This document shows, one piece after another, positions 23,701 to 35,700 of a stretch of 64,000 nucleotides of DNA (position 1 is its first letter; every line of letters starts with the position of its first letter). The stretch spans positions 3,527,025 through 3,591,024 of the forward strand of contig CM082596.2 in the NCBI GenBank assembly GCA_040954595.2. The letters are read 5' to 3'. The notes below the pieces were generated by a model. It was not told the origin of the DNA and did not search any database. It saw only the letters and a list, made by a program, of their open reading frames with translations. The position numbers and the translations under genes are program-made. This DNA comes from Balanoglossus misakiensis. Its lineage: Eukaryota; Animalia; Hemichordata.

Positions 23701-26700
23701 TGCAGCTCTCTCGTCTCGTCCAACAGTGATGAACTTCGCTGCCCAAGTCTTACTGGTGGCTTTCTCAATAGCCCGATATACGACACCATAGGCTCCCCTG
23801 TAAGTAAAGTAATGTTATCGTATATTGCATTAAGTTTAGCCTCATTTCTCAGTTCTGTATTGTTTGTATAGATTGACTATCCAAATTCAGGTTTAAAACA
23901 GGATGATGTGTAAATACCTTCCAAGTTCTTCACAGATTTCATAGTAGTCATAGACAGATCCTGGTCTTCCACGTAAGACTTCGTATGGTAAGAAGTCACG
24001 GTCAACTTGAGAGTCGTAGAACTTGCGTTTGAACTCGTAGTCTTCGAATTCAGGTCTTTCTGGTATGCGAGCTACAAAAGAAAGAACATTCCATCAGTAT
24101 GTGGTTTTAATATAGAGGTTAAAAATCACTGAAACTTTGCTGTTTTTGAATGTGACAATTCAATTACTGAACAAACGTTTCCTTCATGTAGTAAACAAAA
24201 GTTGACTTACGTGTAGTTTTGACAGTCTTGCTGGCTTCAGATGCATCACTGACACCATGGATGTTGAGCGCTCTGATGCGGAACTGGTAATCAGTATTTT
24301 CTTTGAGTCCAATCAGTGTGTGAGATGTATGCCTGGTTGACATGGCCCTTGTCCACGTGCCAACGCCAACTTCACATTTCTCAATCAAGAATGAGGTAAT
24401 GTCAGAACCACCACTGAAGTCAGGTGGCAGCCATGACAGTTTGACTGAGTCCTTGGCGATGTCCATGACTTCAAGCTCTCTCGGTGGATCTGGACTTCGC
24501 AGGATGGACACATTGATGACACCAGTGTCATGTCCGAGTGGGTTGGTGGCGACCACGGCGTATTTGCCAGCATCAGACTTGGTGACTTTGTGTATGGTGA
24601 GTGTGGTCTCCATCTCTGTTGTTTTTATTTCGTAGTGCTGGCTGTCAGTGATGTCCACACCGTCTTTGTCCCAGGTGATCGTGGGGGTTGGGATACCAGT
24701 GTATGGGACTCTCATCTTGACCAGCTCTCCTTGGACACAGATCAATGGTTGTCTGAGACGTGTTGGTAGGTTCACCTTTGGTGCCACTGCAATGGATGAG
24801 AAAACATTTTCTTAGTCAAACAGAGTGGAATATTGAATGCATGGGGTGATAGACAATTCAGGTGACCATAGAAATTTCTTGGATGTGTTCTTTGTTCACT
24901 CTCACTTTCAATTAAAAGTTGTACTCAGGCGACCATAGAAAATTCCAGGATGTTTTTGTTTTGTCTCACCTTCAATGAATAGTTGTACTCTGCAAGACTT
25001 GGTAGCAGCTTTGTTGCTGCATCTGACTGCATAGTCTCCAGTGTCTTCTTCATACACATCCTTGATTGTCAGTGTATGGATGTGTCCAAATGGCTCCACT
25101 TTGTACTTGTGACTGTGTCCGATCTGTCTGCCCAGACGGAACCACTGCACCTCTGGTTGTGGGTAGCCAGCTACTTCGCATGTGAACACAGCTTCTTTGC
25201 CACGCACCACATATGTGATTTCTGGTTCCTTGGCAAAGTGTGCTGGTACCACTTCTGTTGAAGTAAGATATGTATTTGTAAGTTTTGGGATTGTCATAAA
25301 ACTCCATGATTCTTAAAGACAAAAGTGTAAATCCTGGCTTTATTTGATGGTTCATATACTTTTAAACATAATCAACTTTGGCATTCATGGAAGAATATGA
25401 AATGGCAAAGTAGATTCTTGCCAAGCATTGATACACTCACCAACATCATCTCTGACAAGTACGGCCTTGGAAGGTCTGCTAGGTTCACTCAACCCAGCTC
25501 TGTTCTCAGCCAAGACACGGAATTCATACTCAGAATCTTCCAGCAGATTGATGACGATGAATTCCAGGTCTGTCAAGTCTTGTACGTGACTGGCACGGAA
25601 CCATCGGCGACTGGTAGTCTCTCGTTTCTCAATGATGTAGTTGGTGATTGGACTGCCACCATCAGAAACTGGTGGTTGCCAGTTCAGATGTACAGTGTCT
25701 TTGGTTACTTCACCAATGCATGGCATACCAGGCTGGCCTGGTTTTTCTGTGGTAAAAAAATATTTTAAATTTGTCAACATCTTGTAAGTATGTGGAATAC
25801 ACCTTAAAACAGAATAACTCTTACTAACAATCACTAAAGATATTTCATACTTCAGAATTGCATGGACATGTGCTTACCGTATGGTCTCTTGGCTAGGATA
25901 GATTCCATAGCTTCTAATGGTTCACTGACACCATAATGATTTTCAGCTGATACTCTGAACACATAGGAATGGCCTTCAATCAGATTGGTCAGCCTGTGTT
26001 CCAGCAGTGGAGTTGTTCCCACACGGTGCCAGGCTACTTTGTTGAATTCACGCATCTCAATCAAGTATCGTAGGATTGGTGAGCCACCGTTGTCTCTCGG
26101 CGCAAGCCAAGTCAGGTTGATGGAATCTTTGCTGACATCAAGGCAGTTCAGTGGTCCAACGGGAGGACCTGGTTTGTCTGTAGAAATTATTACAATACAT
26201 GTATAGTATTTGTTACACTCTCTCGATCTGCTAAAAACATTTTCTATAGAGTTCATAGCATTCTATAGATTTTGATATGTCCATAGAATTCACTAGAAAC
26301 GTATGGGCCAAAACTACACAGAACTCTGTAGATGTCCATAGAAATTTTATAAATTTCAATGGAAATTTTATACATGTCTGAATCTGTTTTGTAAGGGATA
26401 CTGTATTTCTTGGCAACGGACAAAAGATCATCTAAATCACAAGACAGTGTTTTACCACATTGCTGACTATTACAAAATACAAGGCAAACACATCAAGGGA
26501 CTTACCGAGGACTATGATTCTTGGAGACACTTCCAATGAACCAATACAATTGGACACTTTCATGGTGTACTCGCCAGCATCTTCTCTCTCAATGTCTCTG
26601 ATGGACAGATAACAAGTGTTGCCCATGACACTGACTTTGAATCTTCCTTTGCTGGTGACTTCCTCACCTGCCTTGTACCAGTCAATGAAAGGTCTCGGAA

Positions 26701-29700
26701 CTCCGGCAAAGTTCACTGCCAGGCGCACTGATGAACCAGCCTTGGCTGTGACTTCGCGGTATTTGTGATCCACTTGTAGTGTTGGAGGTGCTGCAAAATA
26801 TACAATTCATAAAGTTTTAAAGATGTTCCTCTAAACCAAACAGACTGATAGATGTTACCCTCAGGCTGGTGATGAACTATACAATCACAAGTTATTCTTG
26901 TTCAATTGCCACCAATATGTATTGTTGTTCAACCTTTGATATATAATTTTTCATCTATTTACTTGGATATGTTCAGAGTGACACAATTTACACAATGCTT
27001 ACTTTGTATGATCAATTCTGCTGATGATCTAGCTTTTCCTTTCCTGTTGTAAACCTCAATGGTGTAAATTCCACCATCGGTTATAGTAGTCTTTGGAAGT
27101 ATCAGTGTATGGATATTGTCTTCTTCTTCTATCATCTGATATCGGCGACCTACAAACAGCTCATGACCACGTCGAATCCTACAGGAAGATGAACAAATAC
27201 TTGATTGTCAGAAACTGCTAAAAGGCCACTATTAACAGAAATATTGAAATGCACTTTTGATTTCATTTCCTCACAATGTCGAGTTGGAAACAATCAAGGT
27301 AAACAGAGGTATAATGATCAAGGGCACAGGTTTGTTAGACTTACCATCTGATCTTGGGTTTGGGAACACCAGTCACTTTGCATGAGAATTGTGCAAGGCT
27401 GCCTTCTGTTGCTGGTACATCAACCAGTTCTTCAACAAATGATGGTGCCTCACCAGCTGTGTGATCAAAGAGACAGTTAATTAAACATTCACAAGAACTG
27501 GATACCGATTAAGAATTGTGTGGCTTTACTTTTCAAAACCCCTCTATTTAAACTACTCTTAGTAAACTGTCAATTCCATACCTGTGACGTCCTCAGCAAT
27601 GATTGGCTCTGAGGCTCTGCTTGGATCGCTCTCACCAGCAGCATTGACAGCCCTCACACGGAAAGTGTATTCAACTTCTTCAAAGAGATCCTTCAAGACA
27701 CAGCATGTCTCTTCCACTGTGACTCGGTGCGTCCAATCGTAGGATCCACGGATACGTCTCTCTACGATGTAGTGTGTCACAGGACTACCACCGTTGGAGA
27801 TTGGAGTAAGCCACGTGAGACGTATGCTTGTGGCAGTGATATCATGACAAGATGGTACGCCAGGTGGTGATGGAACTCCTGTGAAAGACAAATTTTACAT
27901 TGTCATGATATAGATGTCCGACTTTACCAATAAAAACAATGGATTTGGACCAAAACATGGTGGTGAAAGGATTAGTGCAAAATTGATGTTACTTACTGAT
28001 GTATTCCCTTGCAATCTTGGGTGGTGCTGTTGATTCACTTGGTGTGCCTACACCTTCAGCATTGACTGCAGCTACTCGGAATTCATACTCGTAGCCTTCA
28101 ACCAACATGGTTGATGTGTAGCTGGTGTCTTCTATCAGGTCCTCATTGATTCTGTTCCACCTCAGACTGTGTTTCTCATGTCTTTCTACGATGTAACCCA
28201 GGATGGGCGTGCCACCATCAAATCTTGGTTCAGTCCAGGTTAATGTCATGCGGTCCTTCTTGATGGAGTAGATTTCTGGAGTTCCGGGTATGCTTGGTGT
28301 AGCTGTAATAAATGACAGAAAGTTTAGGTTCATCTATCATATCCAGTATGCTACATGCAAGTGGTGTAGAGATTTAAATACACAAGTATAGCCATTGCAA
28401 AAGTAACTGGCAAATGTACAACACTTACTGAATGGACTCTTGCAGACCACTGGTTCCTGTCCTTCCAATGGTTCACCAACACCATACATATTCTCAGCAG
28501 ACACCCTGAACTCATAGGCCGTGTTCTCTTGCAATCCAGTCACTGTGTATGTGGTGTTCATCACAGCATTGCTGACCATGGTCCAAGTCTTCATGAATCT
28601 TTCCCGCCTTTCAACGGTGTAGCATTCAACCTTGCTTCCGCCATTCTCCTTTGGTGGTTGCCATGACAAGCTGACAGTATACTTGCCAACGTCCGAGATT
28701 TCCAGTGGTCCAGTTGGTGGTCCAGGAACATCTGTTGAAAAATAACATATCAACAATACATGAGCTATATGTACTTGAACACAAATTCAGTCCTTTCCTG
28801 ATTTGAGATAGTTTACCATAAAATATATGGTAGCACTACTTACCAAGTACATTGACATGGATATCTGCTGTGATCTTGCCAGCTTCATTGACTGCCGTCA
28901 CAGAGTATTTACCAGAATCACTTCTCAGTGTCTCTTTGATGACCAATGTTGTCTTGTTGTCGAAGCAGTCAATACGGATACGTCTGTCTTCCTTGATCTT
29001 CACATCGTATCTGTACCAAGTGATGTTCGGTGTTGGCACACCACTGTATGGTACGGCAAGACGTAGGACGTTGCCGGCTTTGAGGGTGACCATTTCTGGT
29101 ACTGCATCCATGTCAAGAGTTGGTGGTGCTAAACACAAGAAATTAAAAAGACAATTTCAGAATTATTTTTTTTTTTTACATGTTTGGAGTCAACAGAAAA
29201 ATGTTTATAAAAATCAGATAAACAAAAAGAAGACTGTAAAAATCTTACCTGTGACATACAGATTTGATGATGTATGGAGATCAACACACACCACAGTGTA
29301 TCTGCCAATGTCTCTTGGTCCGACATTCTCGATGACCAAAGCCCTGCGTTCACCATCAGCAACAAAGTGAATCCTGTCACTCTCAACAAACTGTATTCCA
29401 TCCTTCTCCCATTGGACTTCAGCATTCTCGTTGGAAATGATGCACTCAAAGATCACTCGGGTTCCCACTGTGGCTCTGGTGTCTCGGATGGATGTGATGA
29501 ATTCGGCACGTTCTGTGATGTGAGACAAAACAGGGATAATTAACACTTGCAACTGAAGTGGGATTAAGCCAATTTGTTCACATTTACCATTACCATCATG
29601 CTGCTTGACCATATGTAAAAAGTTTTACATACAGGTTGATTGCTAGTCACTCTCCATTGTACCTATTTCTTTGTATACACACCCACCATAAACATTGACA

Positions 29701-32700
29701 ACAGAACAGGAGGACCACAGTACACAGAGCGAAGGGAAGGAACAAATAAATCAAATAGGACTTACCAATTGGTTCTCTAGCCTTTTCTGGTGTTGAGGCT
29801 GCACTAGGCTGACTGAGGCCAGCTTCGTTCTCAGCAAAGACTCGGAACTCGTATTCATATCCCTCAATCAATCCACCAATCTTGTGTGTTGTATCAGTGA
29901 CTGGATGTCTATTGACTGGGATCCATCTTGTGGCATGGCTTTCTTTCTTCTCAATGAAGTAGCCAGTAATTTCGGCACCTCCATCTTTCCTTGGCGGCCT
30001 CCAGGTGAGCACCATGGATTCTGCACTAAACTCGGTCACTTGCAGATTGGATGGTGAATCAGGAACATCTGGATAATACAACAAATATTTAAATTAATCA
30101 CTGGCCAATTGATTAGATATGGACAATTCATGAAGATTACATTATGAACATCATAAAAGTAATTATAGGAAGCAACCATTGAAGGATGAAAATCTTACCA
30201 TATGGACTCTTGATGAGAACAGATTCAGCACCCTCCAAAGCCTCACTTGCTCCGTATTGGTTTTCAGCCATGACACGGAACTGATAGTGTGTACCATTGA
30301 TGAGACTAGTTGCTGTGTATTTAGTACCAGTCAGAGTGGATGACACACGGGTCCACAGTGTGCGTCCATATTCACGCTTCTCAAGGATGTAATTTGTGAC
30401 TTCACTTCCGCCATCATCTAATGGTGGCTGCCATGATATTGTTACACTCTCTTTGGTGATATTGGAGAATGTCAGTGGTGCTTGTGGTGGTCCAGGTTTA
30501 TCTGTAAATGATACACATTTACAAAGTTATAATTTTAAATTGCCAAAATTAGTATAATAATACTCCTTTTTTAAACTACAAAAAATTGGCCGGAAAAATG
30601 CTAAAAATTAGATTTTTGGCTTACCTAGAACCATGACAGTGACTGTTGCAGTGTCTGTACCAGCGGTGTTGTTGGCTTGCAGTACATACACCCCACCATC
30701 ATGTCTCTCCACAGTCTTCACAGTCAGTATGGAGCCATGCTCTGCTGTGTCTGTTCTGACTCGCATACCCTGGCGGAGAACCTGACCATCCTTGTACCAG
30801 GTGGTCGTTGGCACTGGCACACCACTGTAGGGGATGTCCAGTTTGAGTGTGACGCCGGCTTTGAGAATCATTGTGTCAGTGTACATCGATGGCATTCTGA
30901 TCTTTGGACAAGCTGAAATATCAACAAGAAATTTGACATCATTATTCAACTTTAAAGACACCATTCGTAATAATTTTTAAGATACACAATTACAGTGACA
31001 AATGTTATACTTCAACTTCACAAATATGTTGACGTTATAATGTTGCCTATAGGTTTAAGTGTATTCACAGGTTCTGTATATATCTTATGTGACTCAAACT
31101 GACCTGCTGGTTCTTGTGCCCTTACAGGCAGTGATTGTTCACTTGGTTTACCCACGCCTGCTTTGTTTTCAGCACTGACACGGAACTCGTATTCAACTCC
31201 TCTGTGCAGTCTATGCACTGTGTATGTAGTGTCAGAGATTGAAGTGAGTGATGCTCTACTCCAAATAGTACCCATCACATCTTTCTTCTCCAAATGGTAG
31301 TCTGTGATTGGAGTACCACCATCGTAGCCAGGTGGTGTCCAGGATACAGTCATGGAGTCTGCACGTACGTTGGATACAGTCGGGATGCCTGGTTGGCCAG
31401 GTACATCTGGGAATAAAATGAAAAAATGACGAATTTTAAAACTGTATATGCAGGGGGATTGTTCGGGTGCAGATTTTACAAAGTTTATATTGATGACACG
31501 ATTAATTTGAGAACTTACCAAATTCACTCTTTGGTCTAATTCTGTCGCTGTGAAGAGGCTCGCTGATTCCATACTTGTTCTCTGCACTGACTCGGAACTG
31601 GTACTCAACTCCTTCCGTCAGACGCGTCACTCTGAACTGTGTATCCTTGATGGTGTGCGACACCTTGGTCCACATTCTGGAACCGGCTTCCTTCTTTTCC
31701 AGGATGTAGTTCATGACAGGGCTTGAGCCATCGTCTTCAGGTGGTTGCCAGGCCAGAGTGACTTCGCTGCTTGTTACTTTGAGCACTTCCATAGGTCCTC
31801 TTGGTGGAGTGGGTCTGTCCACAACATGGACAGTGAAGATAGTGGTATCGCTGCCGGCTTTGTTGGTCGTTGTGACTTGATAGACACCTGCATCTTCTCT
31901 CTCTGCGTTGAACGTTGAGAGAGCAGTGCTGCTGTGTGTGGTGTCGACTCTAGATCGCAGCAGTGATGAAGCTGCAATCACATCGTCCTTCACCCACTTC
32001 ACGGTTGGTGCAGGTGAGCCCTGTATTGCCGCTTCAAGCTGGAATGTGGAGCCAGCTTTGACAACCATTGGTTTCCTGTATTTGGCATCAAGTTTGATCT
32101 TGGGAGCAACTGTGATGTTTAACCAAATCAAAAGAAAAAGTCATGAACTTGAACAGTTTACACACCATACAAATATATACATTTTGTGTGCCATTTCTGA
32201 ATCTCAAATAGATATTATCATTTGGTTAGTATGATGTATGGATTGATTTTTAATTGTTCACAATTTGCGGTTTGAAATGTCACACATACCAGCTGGGTCC
32301 TCTGCAGTGACAGTTCTAGATGGTTCACTGGCCTTGCTGTGTCCAGCCTTGTTCTCAGCCAAGATACGGAATTCATACTCAGCTCCTCTGGTCAGCCTGC
32401 TGACTCTGAATGAAGTGTTGACAACTGGCAAACCAGTGGCCTTGGACCATCTGGCACTTGTGGTCTGTCTCATTTCAATGATGTAACCGGTGATCGGAGC
32501 ACCACCATCATGGGTTGGTTCACTCCATCTCAACAGCATGGATTCGCCGGTGATTTCTGATACATCTGGTGCACCTGGTACATCCGGTACATCTGTTGGT
32601 CAGCCAATAAGATAATAATAAATGTTATTGTCTTATATTTTTCTTTTTTCTTTGAAGGTCAGATGTGAAAAGCTAAAATGTCCATATTATAAGAAGAGCT

Positions 32701-35700
32701 TTAAAGATTTGAAGCAAGTCTACCCTCCCCGGCTCACAAGGTTATACTTCAGCTTGGTTACACTTCAGCAAGGTAAGAGCAAAAATATTCGCCTAACTGT
32801 CATTTCAAAATGTTGACTAACATAGTACTTGAAATCAGAGAGGCCAAACCAGTTATGATTTTGGCACAGTAGCTAAAAATCAACCCTATACACAAAACTC
32901 TCTGACTGCTTACCGTAGTGTCCTCTTGGTACCACTCTTTCTCCTTCAAGTGGTTCACTCACACCATATTTGTTCTTGGCCATCACACGGAATTGGTACT
33001 GCATGTCTTCAGTCAGTCCAGAGACCTTCATGGTGGTATCAGTATGATCAGTGACCACAGTGGACCACATGTAGTGGGTACCATCCCTCTTCTCAATGAT
33101 GTAGCCGGTGATGGGACTACCGCCATCGTCTCTGGGTGCCAGCCAGCTGAGAGTCACAGAGTGACTGGTGATGCTGTTGGCATCTAGTGGTCCTCTTGGT
33201 GATCCTGGTTTATCCAAGACCTGGACGTCGATGGTCGCGGTGTCACTGCCAGCCTCATTGTTGACATGCAGAGTGTACTGACCTCCATCTGATCTGTCGG
33301 TGTCTTTGAGAGTGATGGCTGTTCGTTCATCCGTACTCTCCAGTCTTATCCTCCAGGATGACTGGATCGGTACGGCATCTTTGTTCCATTTGATGGACGG
33401 AAGTGGAGTGGCTTTGTATGGTACCTCAACACGTAGAGTTGTACCGGCCTTGATGGTGATTGTGTCTCTGTATTTGGCATCCAACATCAGTTTGGGTGCA
33501 ACTATAGAAAGACAAAGAAAAAACTTAGCTTTTGTACCAGAAATATATTTTCAATCTAAAAGCACCAACAGGTGTACATACCAGTACTTCAAAGTGTGTT
33601 GGAAAAGAGTTCAACAATGCATCTGGGATTCAATTCAATATTAATCTTTATTTTTACGTTTACAAACACAAAAATTCATGAACTCACCAGCTGGTTCTAT
33701 GGCTCTGACAATTTGTGTCGGCTCACTTGGTTTTCCAACACCAGCTTTGTTTTCGGCCAAGACTCTGAATTCATACTCAGCCCCTCTCAATAACCTGGTA
33801 GCTCTGAATGTAGTGTCCAAAATCGGCGTAAGTGTCATTCTTGACCACTGGGTCATGGTCCTTTCTCTCTTCTCCACATAGAAACCTGTGACGGGGGTTC
33901 CGCCATCATATGTAGGGGGTTCCCAGGATAAGTTAATGGATTCTGAGCTAACTGACAGGATCTCTGGCATGCTTGGTGCGCCAGGTTTATCTGAAAAATA
34001 AGGCAGATACGACTTGTTCAGGATGATGTGCTACTACTAAGAGTCATGATATAATTTCTTTGCGTATCACAGCTGCAGATACATTGTAAGTCGACAACTA
34101 AATTAAAATGATTCTTTTGTATGTTTGGTCTGCTTGCACTTACCATATTTGCTTTGTAGGTGGACTTTAGTGACTGTTTCTAGTGGTTCACTTTCACCGA
34201 CTTTGTTAACTGCTCTGATGCGGAAAGCATAATCATAATGTTCCATGAGATTTGTAACTCTGTGTGTGGTGTCTGTCACGTTGGTCACACGTGCCCAGAC
34301 GGTTCTCGCCATATCACGCTTCTCGATGACATAGTGTGTCACTTTGCTACCGCCATCGTCTTTCGGAGGCTCCCAGGAGAGGGTGACTTCTGTGCTGTTG
34401 ATGTCTGTGATGAGTAGGTTGCTTGGTGGAGTTGGTATGTCCAACACTTGTACTTGGAGCGAACCGGTCTCGCTTCCTGCTTCGTTGGACAATTTCACTG
34501 TGTATCTACCAGCGTCTTCTCGGACACAGTTCTTGACTGTCAGCACTGCACTTCTATCAGAGGTGTCGATTTTCGTGCGGAAAGTCGACTCGATGGGGAC
34601 ATCATCTTTGACCCAGGTGGCTGTTGGTCTGGGCGAGGCTCTGTACGGTACATCCAGGTGGAATGTAGAGCCAGCCTTGATGACCAGAGTGTCTCTGAAT
34701 TTGGTGAGGTCAAGCTGTGGTACAACTGTGGGATAAAATCAAATCAGAGATATTAATCTCAATTTCAAAATACAATGTTGTCTATAAAGGCAACATTTTA
34801 TAGAAAACCTCTTTACCATGAACCCATTTATCTTATCAATTATTTGACTTTCATACTCTTCAATTTTTGAAAATCTTTGGTTTGACATCTTTAAACATTA
34901 TCATAAACAAACACCGTGACAGAACAAATCAAAGCATTCTGTAGATTAGATTTTTTATTCGATTTGTTGCGACTGTTCACAGTAAAGAGGTTTCAACAGC
35001 AAGATACACCACCACATCACCCATTGAATGTGTAGATTTAAAAGTTCCCCACAAACCAAGTTACATGAAAATGTAAAGACAACAGTGGCACCAGCTGCAC
35101 TGCACACCACATATGCTGTGTTTATGTACACAGTAGACACACAGATTGTATGCGAGATACATGTATGGACCCTGATGTGTGCTGTACACTTCAAAAACGT
35201 GCTACCGTTTAATTTTTTCTTGTCATCTGTCAGTGAATGGTGCAAAAAAGGTGCATTGGTCACAACAGTCAGGGCATTGCATGTGCAGCTAGGCTCTTGT
35301 GAAAGTCCACCCCACAAAGATTTTTTACACACAGATAAAAGCTGTAAGCAGCTGAACAATTGAATCTGGTAAAGTTGGCAGTAAGCTATCAACGAGATTC
35401 AATATTATCTTATGTCGACATGCTCATTGAAAGTCCCATCTTCATCCCGACTATCCTTTTTATTTTGGTATGATGTTTTACACAATTGAAGATTATACCA
35501 ACCAGAATAAAGTGGACAGATACATGCAATTTTGACAGTTAATTTAATATGAACAACTTTTATTAACTTCTGTTTAGATTTGATGTCTGTTACTAGGGAT
35601 GGTAAGGGAAGGGATTTTAGATGTTACAACCATGGAGAATGAGTCTGCAGGCATGAGGCAGTGAGTTGTTTGACGGATGCAGTGGTGAAGCTGCAGGGCA

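Noticed and set aside
26232-26376. Degenerate ctataga/ccataga repeats in an intron
   Set aside because: Low-complexity remnant with no definable termini
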